A stretch of DNA of 64,000 bases from contig JBGAGQ010000023.1 in assembly GCA_044226625.1 (NCBI GenBank), positions 19,768 to 83,767 on the forward strand, written 5' to 3'. Positions 1-9,511 of this stretch are shown piece by piece. Each line of letters starts with the position of its first letter. Position 1 is the first letter of the stretch. Under the pieces are notes generated by a model. The model was not told the DNA's origin. It did no database searches and saw nothing but the letters and a program-made list of their open reading frames with translations. The position numbers and the translations under genes are program-made. This stretch comes from Thermoanaerobaculia bacterium (lineage in GTDB: Bacteria; Acidobacteriota; Thermoanaerobaculia; Multivoradales; UBA5704).

Positions 1-1268
1 GCGGAGGTTAGGGACCAGGTCGCCGGGATCGCGCCGGACGATCGATCGGGCAACGCGGGGAGAGCGGCCGTCTGCGGAGCGGGCCCGGAGAGCCGGACGC
101 GGTCCGAAGCCGGCAGGCCGGCGGAATCGAACCACCGGCCAGCGACCGCTCCGGATTTTTCGCCGACCAGCACCAGCAGATTGCCCGCGGCCTCCCCGCC
201 GAGCGCGAAAGATTCGATCGCGTCGGAATCGACGAAGGGCTGTTCGCTTCCCATCGAGGCACCGTTCGTTGCCAGGCGTTCGATCCGGACCTCGGAGATC
301 GGCGGTGGGCCGGCGGGAAGCCCCTGCTGGCTTTTCCACCCCACCCACCAGCCGTCGGCGCCGCGCCGTACGACCCGCGGCTCGACGTTGATCCGAAACC
401 GCTCGGACCGGCTGATCGGAAACGCCGGCGACAGCGCGACGCCGCTGGAGCTGAATCGACGGCCGACGACCTGGTACTCGTTCGTGTCGACGAAGTGTGC
501 CCAGACCGCGAGCGCCGTGCCGTCGCTCTGGATCGCGACGTCCGGATCGGTTTCGCCGAACGGAGGCGCGGCGAGCGGCGATAGGGCGAGGGCGTCGGTC
601 AAGGGGCGGAACGCCACATCGAAGAACCGGCCGCGCGGGATCCCCGCGGAATCCCGCCAGACCACGATCACCGAACCGTTGGGCGCGACGGCGAGGCGGG
701 GTTGGGTATTGGGGTTGAGGTCGTTGGGGTCGATCGCGACGACGGTCGCTCCTCCCTTCGGCCGCCCGAACGCGTCGAGCCGGTGGAGACCGATCCCCGC
801 GGGACCTTGGGGGCGCAGGGACGACTCGAATTCGGAGACCGCCGCGAACCCACCATCGGGCAAGGGAACGGTCCGCGGCTGAGCTCCGTCCCAGAGCTCG
901 ATGGCGGGGGCTGCCGGCCGTCCCACGGCGTCGAAACGCTGGGCGCGGATCCTGCGCGTCGCCCCGTTCGGACAGCCGCTCCGCTGCCAGATCAGGAGGA
1001 ACGAGCCGCCCGGCTGGACCGCGACGTCGGGAGCCCGGTCGGCGCAGGGCGCCGGATCGCCGGCCGAGAGCGGGGCGATCCGGTCGATGTCGACGCCGAA
1101 GGCGGGCCAAGCGGCGAGCGTCATCGAGAGGGTGAGAGCGCGGCGCAGCGCGCCCGCCGTTGCGCTATGGAGGGGAAGCGCCCTCGGAGGCGTCACACGC
1201 CGGCTCGCCGGCGGCTCGATGCCGCCGCGTTGGAGTCTCTCTTCGATCGACATCTCTTCGGACGGCAT
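1..1268 (-). CDS. Secreted repeat protein, paralog of the two neighbouring 640-aa proteins (3' end runs off the window)
   Basis: Not in the ORF track because it has no stop in the window. ATG at 1268 follows AGAAAGGGTG. The open frame reads ...PCADRAPDVAVQPGGSFLLIWQRSGC...RAQRFDAVGRP..., matching the N-termini of the paralogs. Confidence 0.75.
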   Translation of the reverse strand, partial: MPSEEMSIEERLQRGGIEPPASRRVTPPRALPLHSATAGALRRALTLSMTLAAWPAFGVDIDRIAPLSAGDPAPCADRAPDVAVQPGGSFLLIWQRSGCPNGATRRIRAQRFDAVGRPAAPAIELWDGAQPRTVPLPDGGFAAVSEFESSLRPQGPAGIGLHRLDAFGRPKGGATVVAIDPNDLNPNTQPRLAVAPNGSVIVVWRDSAGIPRGRFFDVAFRPLTDALALSPLAAPPFGETDPDVAIQSDGTALAVWAHFVDTNEYQVVGRRFSSSGVALSPAFPISRSERFRINVEPRVVRRGADGWWVGWKSQQGLPAGPPPISEVRIERLATNGASMGSEQPFVDSDAIESFALGGEAAGNLLVLVGEKSGAVAGRWFDSAGLPASDRVRLSGPAPQTAALPALPDRSSGAIPATWSLTS

Positions 1269-1313
1269 GACACCCTTTCTTCGGACTCTTTTGAGCTCCA
1301 ATCCCTCAGTGGG

Positions 1314-2861
1314 TCACCGGACCGCCGACGCGGCGGCGAACGCCGCCCCCGCCGGATCGAGCGCGTCGAACGCCCGCGACCAATACGGCGTGGGCACCGG
1401 CCCATAATGGCCGATCCCCGGCACCTCGACGTACGCCGTGTGGGCGAACCCTTCTCGCTCGAAGGCGTGGAGAACCTCGCGGGTCTGGACCCGATTGAAA
1501 TCGCGCTCGGCGGTGAGGAAGACGTAGCGATTGCGGCTCTTGGCGAGGTCGAGGTCGTGCTTCGCCGGCTTGGGATAGAGCGCGGGCCAATTGGTCCCCG
1601 GCCGGTCGGGGATCGGCAGCGGTCGAAACCAGTCGCATCCGACCATCATCAAACCACCTCGAAAGACCTCCGGATAGGCGACCGAAAGGACGCTCGAGAC
1701 CCGGCCGCCTCCCGAGTAGCCGGCGATGTAGATCCGCTCCGGATCGATCGTGTAGAGCTTCGCAGCGGCGTGCGCGGCGTCGAGCGCGAGCGCGAAGCGG
1801 TACCAGCGCGGGCGCTCGTTGCCGGCGTCGTTGGCGCCGACCCAGATCAGCCGGCGGCGCGCCATGTCCGCGAGAAGGTCGGGGCGCGAGGCGCCGCCGA
1901 TCGGGCTCGGGCTCACCCAGATGATCAAGCCGTGCGCGACGCTCGGTGAATAGCTTTCCGGCACGACGAAGCTGAAGCTCTCCCGCGCGAGGTCGTAGCG
2001 CCCGCGGTTCGGATCGGCGTCCAGCTCCTTGCGTGCGATTCCGGTACGGCGGGCGAGCTCCGAGAGGTCGGATCGAGGGCTCCTCTCGGCGAGGCGGGCG
2101 GTGATGATCCCGGTGCGATGCGGGCTCGCTACCGTGAGGACGGGCGCGGCTTCGCGGTTCGGGGTCGCTGGAGGGGACGCTGGAGCGGCTTCGGGGCCGG
2201 ATTCGGATCCGCCGCCCGCGGCGTCCGCCATCAATAGCTCCAGCAGGCGGGCCGACTCCGCGTCGTTACGGTCGGCCGCGATCGCTCGTTCGAGGGCGGC
2301 GATCGCCTCGGCGCGGTTCCCCTCTTCGAACCAGGCGCGGGCGATCGCGCGCAGGACGGGAGCTTGGCCGTCCGGCGGCAGCTCCGGCAGGGCGCGCTGC
2401 CACAAGGCACGCGCCTCCGCCCGCTTCCCTTCGGCGAGTCTCCGGTTTCCCTCGTCGATCCAGCCGCGCACGACCGACCGATCGGTCTCGTGCGCCCCGG
2501 CCGCGATCGAGGCAAGCGGGCGGAGCTCGAAGTGAAGCTGCGGCCCGGGCCCGTCCTCCGGCACCTGGGCTTGCCCCTCGGCGCGAAGGTATCCCTCCGC
2601 GTCCACCGTCGCAAACCAGGTCCCGGCGCCGAGGCCGAGCGCGGACCAGCGGCCGCGCGCGTCGCTCTCGGTCGTCGGTCCGGGACCGTCAGGGCGCTCG
2701 AAGTGGAGCGCGACGCGGGCCTTCTCGATCGGACGGGAGCCGGCGTCGGATACCTGCCCCGAAAGCCGGCCGACTCCGGTCCACGACTGGGCCGGAGTCG
2801 CCTGGGGCAGGAGGAGCAGCCCGGCGAGCAACGACAGTCGGGCGGCCGAACGGGGCTGCAA
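1314..2861 (-). CDS. Secreted protein with carboxypeptidase-regulatory-like domain, TPR repeats and an alpha/beta hydrolase (esterase) domain
   Basis: Signal peptide; GRLSGQVSDAGSRPIEKARV; TPR-like helices; nucleophile elbow RIYIAGYSGGG; C-terminal PGIGH. Confidence 0.7.
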   Translation of the reverse strand: MQPRSAARLSLLAGLLLLPQATPAQSWTGVGRLSGQVSDAGSRPIEKARVALHFERPDGPGPTTESDARGRWSALGLGAGTWFATVDAEGYLRAEGQAQVPEDGPGPQLHFELRPLASIAAGAHETDRSVVRGWIDEGNRRLAEGKRAEARALWQRALPELPPDGQAPVLRAIARAWFEEGNRAEAIAALERAIAADRNDAESARLLELLMADAAGGGSESGPEAAPASPPATPNREAAPVLTVASPHRTGIITARLAERSPRSDLSELARRTGIARKELDADPNRGRYDLARESFSFVVPESYSPSVAHGLIIWVSPSPIGGASRPDLLADMARRRLIWVGANDAGNERPRWYRFALALDAAHAAAKLYTIDPERIYIAGYSGGGRVSSVLSVAYPEVFRGGLMMVGCDWFRPLPIPDRPGTNWPALYPKPAKHDLDLAKSRNRYVFLTAERDFNRVQTREVLHAFEREGFAHTAYVEVPGIGHYGPVPTPYWSRAFDALDPAGAAFAAASAVR

Positions 2862-2873
2862 CGATCCTTCTCC

Positions 2874-4811
2874 TTAGAAAGCCTGCCGGTCGATCCGAGT
2901 GGTGGGGTGGCCCGCGAGCTGGTGGTAGACCTTGATTTTTCCGGTTTGGGTGTCGGTGACCTTGACCCGATAGGCCGCGTCCGAGAGCCCGCTCAAGGAG
3001 ACCCAGAACTTGCCGTTGCTCGTGCGTCCGTCGACCAGCCCGACGACGAGGCCGAGGCCGCCGTAGCGTTCGTCGAATCGAAACGTCGCCCGCTTGTCGT
3101 CGAACAGAGCGCCGCGAGACTTCTGTTTCGTCCCGTCCGGCAGTGTCCAGTTGACGTCGACGCGGAAGCGACCGCCGAAGAGGTCGATCGGCAAAGCCAT
3201 CGCCGCGGCCGCGGGGCTTTCGGCGAGCGGCTCGGTCTCGGCGGTCGCCGCCGTGCGTGCCGCGTTGCTAGCGATTCCGAGCCGGCCGCTCGCGAAGGCC
3301 CCGGGCGGTTTCGTGGCCGTGGCGGTCGCGCCGGTCGCGCGATCGATCAGCCGGATCGTGATGCCCACGCTGGTGGCCGCCGCGTAGGTCAGGTCCAGGT
3401 TGGGCTCACCCCCGAACCGCAACCGAACCGCCACCTCGGGTGCCCGCGCGCCGAACGCGAAGAGCGCGCCCGTGGCGTCCAGGACGATCGGCCGCGCGTG
3501 CTCGATCGAGCCGCCGGCGCCGGTGCGCGAAATCTCGACGCCGATCTGGTCCCCGAGAAGGCACGCGGCGTGTTGCGACACGGGGCAGCTCGGACGGAAC
3601 GTCCGTCCGCTGATGTCCATTTCCTCCGGGTCCGGGAGGTCGCTTTCTTCGTTCACTCGCTCTGCCTTCGTCCAGGCCGCGACGAGGGTGCCGGTGGAGG
3701 AACGAGAGATCGCTGGAGCGTCGAACACCCACACCGGTTTCGGCGCCACCTCGAACGGTTCGGTGAGGGCGGCGCCGTTGGGATCGAACCGTCGGGCGAC
3801 GAGAGGGGCTTCGAGCGGTTGGACGAGCACCAGGACGTTGCCTCCCGGGTCGAGCCCCAGGTTTACCGCGGTGCTGTCGAGCCGGGGAGCGCCGCCGACG
3901 TAGGTGCCCGAAATCTGGCCGCTTTCCACGCCCTGCGCGGGAAGGTGGGCGAAGACCGAGCCCACCTCGAAGCCGAGTCTGCGCTCCCAGGTGAGCGACC
4001 ATCCGCCATACGGGCTCCCGCCGATCAGGCGGGGGTTGAGATTGTCGCCGAAGCCGGGCACGGTGATGAGGAACGGCGGGCCTGCGGGCGAGCCGTCGGC
4101 CGGATAGCGACGGCCGAAGATCGGCGTAAAGGCGTAGGGGAATTCGGCGACGCTGCGAGCCCAAACGACCAGCAGATCGCCGCGATGGTCGAACGCGAGA
4201 TCGGGCGCCTCGAAGGCATTCGGGAGATCCTCGAGCGGAATCGGTGCGGAGGCCGGCGTGAGGTCGGCGTTGAATCGCCGGAGCATGATTTCCTGGCGGT
4301 ACGGCTGCTGCAGCTCTCGGATCCAGGTGATCGCGAAATTCCCCTCACCGCTGACCGCGAGCCGGTGCCGAAGCTTCTTGCTCGGGTCGGTCTCGCCTGC
4401 GTCGACGGACCTCGGCGAACCGAGCTGCCACCCCCGGGCGTCGAGGCGGACGAGCTCGAGGTCGGAGCTGAAGGCGGACCGCGAACGGGTCCAAGCGATC
4501 GCGAAGCCGCCGTCGGGAAGGGCGATGAGAGCGGGCGACCGGCCCGTCCCGAGGTCGAGCTCCGCTCCGATCGGTCGGACCTCGGCGTCGTAGAGCTGAC
4601 CGACGAGCCGCGTTTCGAACCCCTCGCAGACGCGGTTCCATACGAGCAGAAAACTGCCGCCCCGCGAAACGGCGACGTCCGGCGCGATGTCGTCGCAGTC
4701 GACCGATCCGGCCGCGAAGGTGCCGATCGAGAAGTCTTGCGCGGGGAGCGCGGCGGGGGCGAGGCTGGCGGCACCTAACAGGATCGTGGCAAGCCCAAGG
4801 ATCGAGCGCAT
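2874..4811 (-). CDS. Secreted repeat protein with duplicated C-terminal module ending DRQAF
   Basis: 645-aa ORF with signal peptide and P-x-V-A...V-W...R-F-D repeats; C-terminus VDGRTSNGKFWV...VTDTQTG...DRQAF. Confidence 0.75.
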   Translation of the reverse strand: MRSILGLATILLGAASLAPAALPAQDFSIGTFAAGSVDCDDIAPDVAVSRGGSFLLVWNRVCEGFETRLVGQLYDAEVRPIGAELDLGTGRSPALIALPDGGFAIAWTRSRSAFSSDLELVRLDARGWQLGSPRSVDAGETDPSKKLRHRLAVSGEGNFAITWIRELQQPYRQEIMLRRFNADLTPASAPIPLEDLPNAFEAPDLAFDHRGDLLVVWARSVAEFPYAFTPIFGRRYPADGSPAGPPFLITVPGFGDNLNPRLIGGSPYGGWSLTWERRLGFEVGSVFAHLPAQGVESGQISGTYVGGAPRLDSTAVNLGLDPGGNVLVLVQPLEAPLVARRFDPNGAALTEPFEVAPKPVWVFDAPAISRSSTGTLVAAWTKAERVNEESDLPDPEEMDISGRTFRPSCPVSQHAACLLGDQIGVEISRTGAGGSIEHARPIVLDATGALFAFGARAPEVAVRLRFGGEPNLDLTYAAATSVGITIRLIDRATGATATATKPPGAFASGRLGIASNAARTAATAETEPLAESPAAAAMALPIDLFGGRFRVDVNWTLPDGTKQKSRGALFDDKRATFRFDERYGGLGLVVGLVDGRTSNGKFWVSLSGLSDAAYRVKVTDTQTGKIKVYHQLAGHPTTRIDRQAF

Positions 4812-4904
4812 CGAAACCTCCTCAGAATGGACTTTTGGAGGAAAGGCGCAATCGCCGTTGGAAGGGGGCCAGCTCCGTCTCGACCGCCATCTCGGCTATG
4901 GGTC

Positions 4905-6833
4905 TCAGAACGCCTGCCGGTCGGCGCGGCTTTGGCGCTGGCCGGCCGCGTTCGAATAGGTCCGCGAAGCGCCCGTGGTCACGTCGGTCACCTCGACGTG
5001 GAACGAGGCGTCGCTGAGGCCGCCGACGTAGACCCAGATCTTGCCGTTCTTCGACCGTCCGTCCACGACGGAAAGCGCGGCGCCGCCGGCCGCGCCGGGC
5101 AGATCGAAGTAGACCTGGCGATCGGCGTAGGCAAGCACCTGGGCCGCGCGCTCGACGCCGTCGGCCCCGGTGGAGAAGGCGGAGACTCGGAACCGCCCGT
5201 CGAACAGGCACCCGGAGGTCGCCGAAGGAGCGCAGGTCCCCGTCGGCGGTGGGGCCTCCGGGAGGATCGCGTCCGTCACCGCGGCCGCGGGGAGCGGCGC
5301 GCTCGTCGGGGCAGGCAATGCGAGATGACCGCTCCGGAACGGGCCGCGCGGTTTCTGGGCGACGAGCGTCGCCCCCCCCTCGGTCCAGCGGATCTCGACC
5401 TCGGCGTTGGTGGTGGCCGCCCAGTCGATCGCACCCCCAAGAAGGTCGACGGCGACGTCGAACCGCCCCGGGTTCTCGAGCGCGAAGAGGAGATGCCTGC
5501 CGAGCCGGAGGCCGCGACCGGTCCCGGCGAGCGCGCCGAGCTTCCACCGGACCTCCACTTGGGCTTGAACGGGGGACTGCACGTCGCCGAGGCGAGCGCA
5601 GAGCGCGGCGGGGTTCGGACAGGACGCGGCGAGCGTCGCGCCGCGGAGGTCCCATCCCGCCTGCGCGACCGGAGGCGGCGGATAGTAGTCGACGTCTCCC
5701 TCCCAGATCGCGGTGAAGCCGGACGGGGAGGCCGGCGCCAGGTCGACGCGCCCGAGCGGACGCGGATCGGGACCCGCGGTGCGCAGGAGGTTCGAGGCGG
5801 CGGCGCCGCTCGGTTCGAACAGCCGCGTCGTAACGCTTCCATCGGCGGCTCGTCCGGCGACCAGAACGAGGGCGTCCGGATCGAGCGCGACGACCGGTTC
5901 GGCGAAGTTGCCGATCAGCCCGACGTCGATTCGCGGACCCGCGAGCCCGCCATCCGGTCCGAGGGCGCGCAGGAAAGTCTTGGTGACGACCGACTGCCCT
6001 CCCTCGCTCTCCTCCCACACCATCCACCAGCCGCCGCCGCGCCGGGGTGCCAACCGGGGATTGGCCGCGAAAAGGCCGCCGCCGCTCACGTCGACGGCAC
6101 TGCCGACCTGAATTCCCGAGGCATCGAAACGGCGGGCCGCGACGTTGCCGAGCGCGAGGACGGCGATCGCGCGCCCCTCCTCGTCGAACGAAACGTCGAG
6201 ATCGTCGAGGAGGCCCGCGTAGCCGAGCTCGAACGACGAACCGGCCGGCTGGGCGTTCGCATCGAGCAAGCGGCCAGCGGCCAGGAGCTGGCTGATCGGG
6301 ATCGGAATCGGCGTGAGGAAGACGTAGCGCCAGGCGGCGAACAGCCGGCCGTCAGGCGCCACGCTCAGCCGGGGGGCGCTGTAGTCGACCCTCGTGCTCT
6401 CGGTCGTCTCATCAAGCCGGACCGCGGCGCCCAGCGGGAGCCCCGTCGAGGCGAGCCGCCGCGCGTGCACGGTGAACAGCCCCCGTTCCCGGTCTTCGAG
6501 CAGGTAGGCGAGGGCGAAGCCGCGATCGGGAAGGGGTACGACCTGGGGAAGCAACCCTTCGCCGAGGTCGATCGGCGCTCCGAGCTTGCGGCCGAGAGCG
6601 TCGAGCCGCTGCGCGCGAAGGAGAGTAGGGAAATAGCAGCGCTGCCAGACCGCGAGGAACGAGCCGTCGGGCTGCGCGGCGATCTTCGGCGCGACGTCGT
6701 CGCAGGCGTCGTCGCCTAGGGCGAACGAGGTGCGGCGGGCGACCTCGAGGGCGGAGGCCGGCGGCGCGGTCCAAGAGGTCGCGCAAAGCAGGAGGACGGC
6801 GACGAACGGCAGAAGGGCGCGGCGGCTCGGCAT
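4905..6833 (-). CDS. Secreted repeat protein with duplicated C-terminal module ending DRQAF
   Basis: Start moved to ATG 6833 (AGGAG RBS, signal peptide MPSRRALLPFVAVLLL). Paralogous to 2874..4811. Confidence 0.75.
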   Translation of the reverse strand: MPSRRALLPFVAVLLLCATSWTAPPASALEVARRTSFALGDDACDDVAPKIAAQPDGSFLAVWQRCYFPTLLRAQRLDALGRKLGAPIDLGEGLLPQVVPLPDRGFALAYLLEDRERGLFTVHARRLASTGLPLGAAVRLDETTESTRVDYSAPRLSVAPDGRLFAAWRYVFLTPIPIPISQLLAAGRLLDANAQPAGSSFELGYAGLLDDLDVSFDEEGRAIAVLALGNVAARRFDASGIQVGSAVDVSGGGLFAANPRLAPRRGGGWWMVWEESEGGQSVVTKTFLRALGPDGGLAGPRIDVGLIGNFAEPVVALDPDALVLVAGRAADGSVTTRLFEPSGAAASNLLRTAGPDPRPLGRVDLAPASPSGFTAIWEGDVDYYPPPPVAQAGWDLRGATLAASCPNPAALCARLGDVQSPVQAQVEVRWKLGALAGTGRGLRLGRHLLFALENPGRFDVAVDLLGGAIDWAATTNAEVEIRWTEGGATLVAQKPRGPFRSGHLALPAPTSAPLPAAAVTDAILPEAPPPTGTCAPSATSGCLFDGRFRVSAFSTGADGVERAAQVLAYADRQVYFDLPGAAGGAALSVVDGRSKNGKIWVYVGGLSDASFHVEVTDVTTGASRTYSNAAGQRQSRADRQAF

Positions 6834-6951
6834 GGGAGCTCTCCTGGGCGACATGTTGTTACAGCATATCAAGGAGCGAGCGTATCGCGCGACAAGGGCC
6901 GTCGCTATCGAATTCTTGCGCGGCGAGGGCACCCGGGGAGGGGGGAGAGCC

Positions 6952-6988
6952 AAAACGAAACCGGGCGGCCGTTTCGAACGGCCGCCCG
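6952..6988 (-). terminator. Intrinsic terminator after csbD
   Basis: Stem CGGGCGGCCGTT/AACGGCCGCCCG followed by GTTTCGTTTT on the minus strand. Confidence 0.75.
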
Positions 6989-7017
6989 ACGGAGGGAGAA
7001 GGTTACTTCGGAAGCGG

Positions 7018-7224
7018 CTAGGCGGTCTGGTTCCGCTCTTCCCAGGCGGAGACCTCGCGCTCAGCCTCTTCGCGGGCCTTGCCGTACTTCTGCTGGATCA
7101 GACCGACCAACTGGTCGCGTTGCCCCTCGATCTTGTCCAGCTGGTCGTTGGTCAGCTCGCCCCACTGTTCCTTGACCTTGCCCTTCATCTCGTTCCACTT
7201 GCCGGTCGCCCAGGTCTGATTCAT
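7018..7224 (-). CDS. csbD: CsbD/YjbJ family stress protein
   Basis: GKWNEMKGKVKEQWGELTNDQLDKIEGQRDQLVGLIQQKYG; AAAGGAG RBS before ATG 7224. Confidence 0.92.
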   Translation of the reverse strand: MNQTWATGKWNEMKGKVKEQWGELTNDQLDKIEGQRDQLVGLIQQKYGKAREEAEREVSAWEERNQTA

Positions 7225-7449
7225 GGTCTCGCTCCTTTGAGAAAAAGCGGTGCCGCAGGCTGGCTGCGGCACCGGGGACGTGGCGACCCGGCATGACTGG
7301 GAGTTCATCTCGGAGGACTGCCGGATCGTTGGAGTGCAGCCGCTCGGCGCACCGTAAGGCTTGCTCCGCGACACTACCTGGATAGGGCAAAGCCCATGCC
7401 ACATGCCATGCGCCACGAGCCCGCCGGCGTGGAGCCCTCGAACCGCCGC

Positions 7450-7752
7450 CTACCGATGCTTCCGGATCGCCTCGATCAGATCGCTCTTGTTCATGCGCCC
7501 TCGCCCGGCGATGTTCCTCTCGCGCGCCCGGTTGCGCAGCTCGATGACCGTGAGGTCCTCCAGCCGGCCGTTTGGATTGCCCGTTGCGCGGCTGGTCTTG
7601 CTCTTTGTCCGGCCCTCGGTCCGCCGCTGTTTATTGACGGTTCGGGCCGCGATCTCTTCCGCCCGATCGTTGCTCCGACCGCGATCGAGCTCGCTTTCCT
7701 TGACGTGGTCGTATTGCCGCTCGTCCTTACTGTTCCAAGCTCCTTGAGGCAT
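7450..7752 (-). CDS. Small basic protein with C-terminal Rho-N-like domain (often annotated 'plasmid stabilization protein')
   Basis: MPQGAWNSKDERQYDHVKES...AEEIAARTVNKQR and ELRNRARERNIAGRGRMNKSDLIEAI. Confidence 0.75.
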   Translation of the reverse strand: MPQGAWNSKDERQYDHVKESELDRGRSNDRAEEIAARTVNKQRRTEGRTKSKTSRATGNPNGRLEDLTVIELRNRARERNIAGRGRMNKSDLIEAIRKHR

Positions 7753-7904
7753 GGCGTCGTTCCTCCTCGCCCACCGTCGGGCGTTTCGCGAAGAGGAAAA
7801 CGCAGTGCGCATGCCAGGCGAGATCGTCCGCCGGTGCCGCAACGCACAAGGCGTCCAGCGGAATGAGTTGCTACCCCGCGGAAAAGGTTGCCGAGAAGGA
7901 GTTG

Positions 7905-8993
7905 TTACCGAACCCGCTTGCGCCGATTGCGAATGTAGTCGGCGAGCAGGAACTCCCCAAGGTTGTACGGGGAGGCGAAGTAGGCGCGGCCGCGGTTGAT
8001 CTGCGTGAGCTTCTCGACGAAGTCGGTGAGCATCGGATCGGTCGCGAGCATGAAGGTCGTGATGACGATTTTCTGGCGCCTGCAGATGTCGGCCTCTTTC
8101 AAGGTGAGGTTGACGATCCGCATGTCGAGGCCGAAGGGATTCTTGTAGACGTGATCCCCTTCGGTGATCGCCGAGGGCTTGCCGTCGGTGATCAGGAAGA
8201 TCTGCTTGTTCGGCTGCTTCTGGCGCGACAGCATCCCTCGGGCAAGCTGGAGCGCCTCGCGGGTGTTCGTGTGGTACGGCCCGGCCTGGAGGTAGGGGAG
8301 GTCGGCGAGCTTCATCGGCTCGGCGCGGTCGCCGAACTGGAGGACGCCGAGGTGATCCTTCGGGTACTTCGTGGTGATCAGCTCGGTGAGGGCGAGCGCC
8401 ACGGTCTTTGCCGGGGTGATCCGGTCCTCGCCGTAGAGAATCATTGAGTGGCTAACGTCGATCGCGACGATCGTGGCGCAGGAGGTGAGGTGCTCGGTTT
8501 CGAAGACCTCGAGATCCTCTTCGGCGAGATCGAGCTCGCCTTTCGTCCGCCTCATCGCGTTCTGCAGCGAGCGGGCCGAATCGATCAGGTTCAGGTCGTC
8601 GCCGAAGCTCCAAGGCTTCGTCTCGGGCTGGCGCTCGATTCCCTCGCCGGAGGCCTGGATCGGGTGGTAACCCGCGGTCGAACGGTCGAGCCCGCCGAAA
8701 ATCTCCTCGAACGCGCTCCGCCGGATCTTTCGCTCGCCCCCGTAGGTGAGCGACATACCCCCCTCCTGGTCGCGGCCGATCAGGTTCTGCTGCTCCAGGC
8801 TCTCGAAGAACTCCTCGAGGTCGAGGTCTTCGGGAAGATACCCCTGGGACTGGAGCTCCCGCATCCAGTTCATCGCCTCTTCGGGATCGCCCCCGGCGGC
8901 CAGCACCAACTGATTCCACAGGCGCAGCAGATCGAGCCCCGCCATGATCGCGCGGAGCAGTTCGGGGTCGAGCCAGGTGTACTTGTGGCGCAT
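7905..8993 (-). CDS. VWA domain protein, partner of a chelatase-like AAA+ ATPase
   Basis: MIDAS motif DVSHSM, TNT, ITDGKP. Confidence 0.88.
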   Translation of the reverse strand: MRHKYTWLDPELLRAIMAGLDLLRLWNQLVLAAGGDPEEAMNWMRELQSQGYLPEDLDLEEFFESLEQQNLIGRDQEGGMSLTYGGERKIRRSAFEEIFGGLDRSTAGYHPIQASGEGIERQPETKPWSFGDDLNLIDSARSLQNAMRRTKGELDLAEEDLEVFETEHLTSCATIVAIDVSHSMILYGEDRITPAKTVALALTELITTKYPKDHLGVLQFGDRAEPMKLADLPYLQAGPYHTNTREALQLARGMLSRQKQPNKQIFLITDGKPSAITEGDHVYKNPFGLDMRIVNLTLKEADICRRQKIVITTFMLATDPMLTDFVEKLTQINRGRAYFASPYNLGEFLLADYIRNRRKRVR

Positions 8994-9233
8994 GAAGGGA
9001 TCTACAAGCTCGAATCGAAGGTCATTGAACGGCGCGGTCTCCTCGGGGCAACGGACATGGGGAGATCATCGCACGGCGTTGCGGAAGCGGAAAGGGCGAC
9101 CGACTTTCGGGTCCAGGGAGGATGGGGCGCGCCGAGGACGAGAGGATCGATCGGAACGAAAAGCCGAGCCATGTGCACATTACTGGTAGAGAGGCGAACG
9201 GATCGCCTCCGTTCGGGGTAAGGAGAGGGAGAG

Positions 9234-9410
9234 ATGAGAAAGCGTGCCTTGAAGCTCAACCTGTCGAAGGAAACCCTGCGCAGCCTGGCCGACGAGGAAT
9301 CGGTCGAGGTCGGCGGCGCCACCCGGCGAACCTGCGTGTTCACCTGCACCGGCAGCGCGGTCGCCTGCTGCGTGACGGGCGGCGAGCTGTACAGCTGCCC
9401 CTGCTCGTAG
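9234..9410 (+). CDS. Putative RiPP (lanthipeptide-like) precursor peptide, 58 aa
   Basis: Hand-translated: MRKRALKLNLSKETLRSLADEESVEVGG-ATRRTCVFTCTGSAVACCVTGGELYSCPCS*. Purine-rich RBS (AAGGAGAGGGAGAG) and a downstream hairpin. Below the ORF-track size cutoff. Confidence 0.75.
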   Translation: MRKRALKLNLSKETLRSLADEESVEVGGATRRTCVFTCTGSAVACCVTGGELYSCPCS

Positions 9411-9419
9411 ACGAACCTT

Positions 9420-9448
9420 CGCGGGCGCCGGACCTCCCGACGCCCGCG
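9420..9448 (+). terminator. Hairpin after the precursor gene, between convergent genes
   Basis: CGCGGGCGCCGG-ACCTC-CCGACGCCCGCG; no U-tract. Confidence 0.4.
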
Positions 9449-9511
9449 CCCCCAGAGCGATGAAGAGGCTCGTCGTCGCCGACTCCATCTTGGGACTTTT
9501 CGGTACAGTCT

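Noticed and set aside
181-6719. Long plus-strand ORFs (702..1949, 2364..4778, 4827..6719) and similar ones at 23079..25715, 25830..27851 and 47007..49328
   Set aside because: Arg/Gly-rich antisense shadows of real genes, expected in high-GC DNA.
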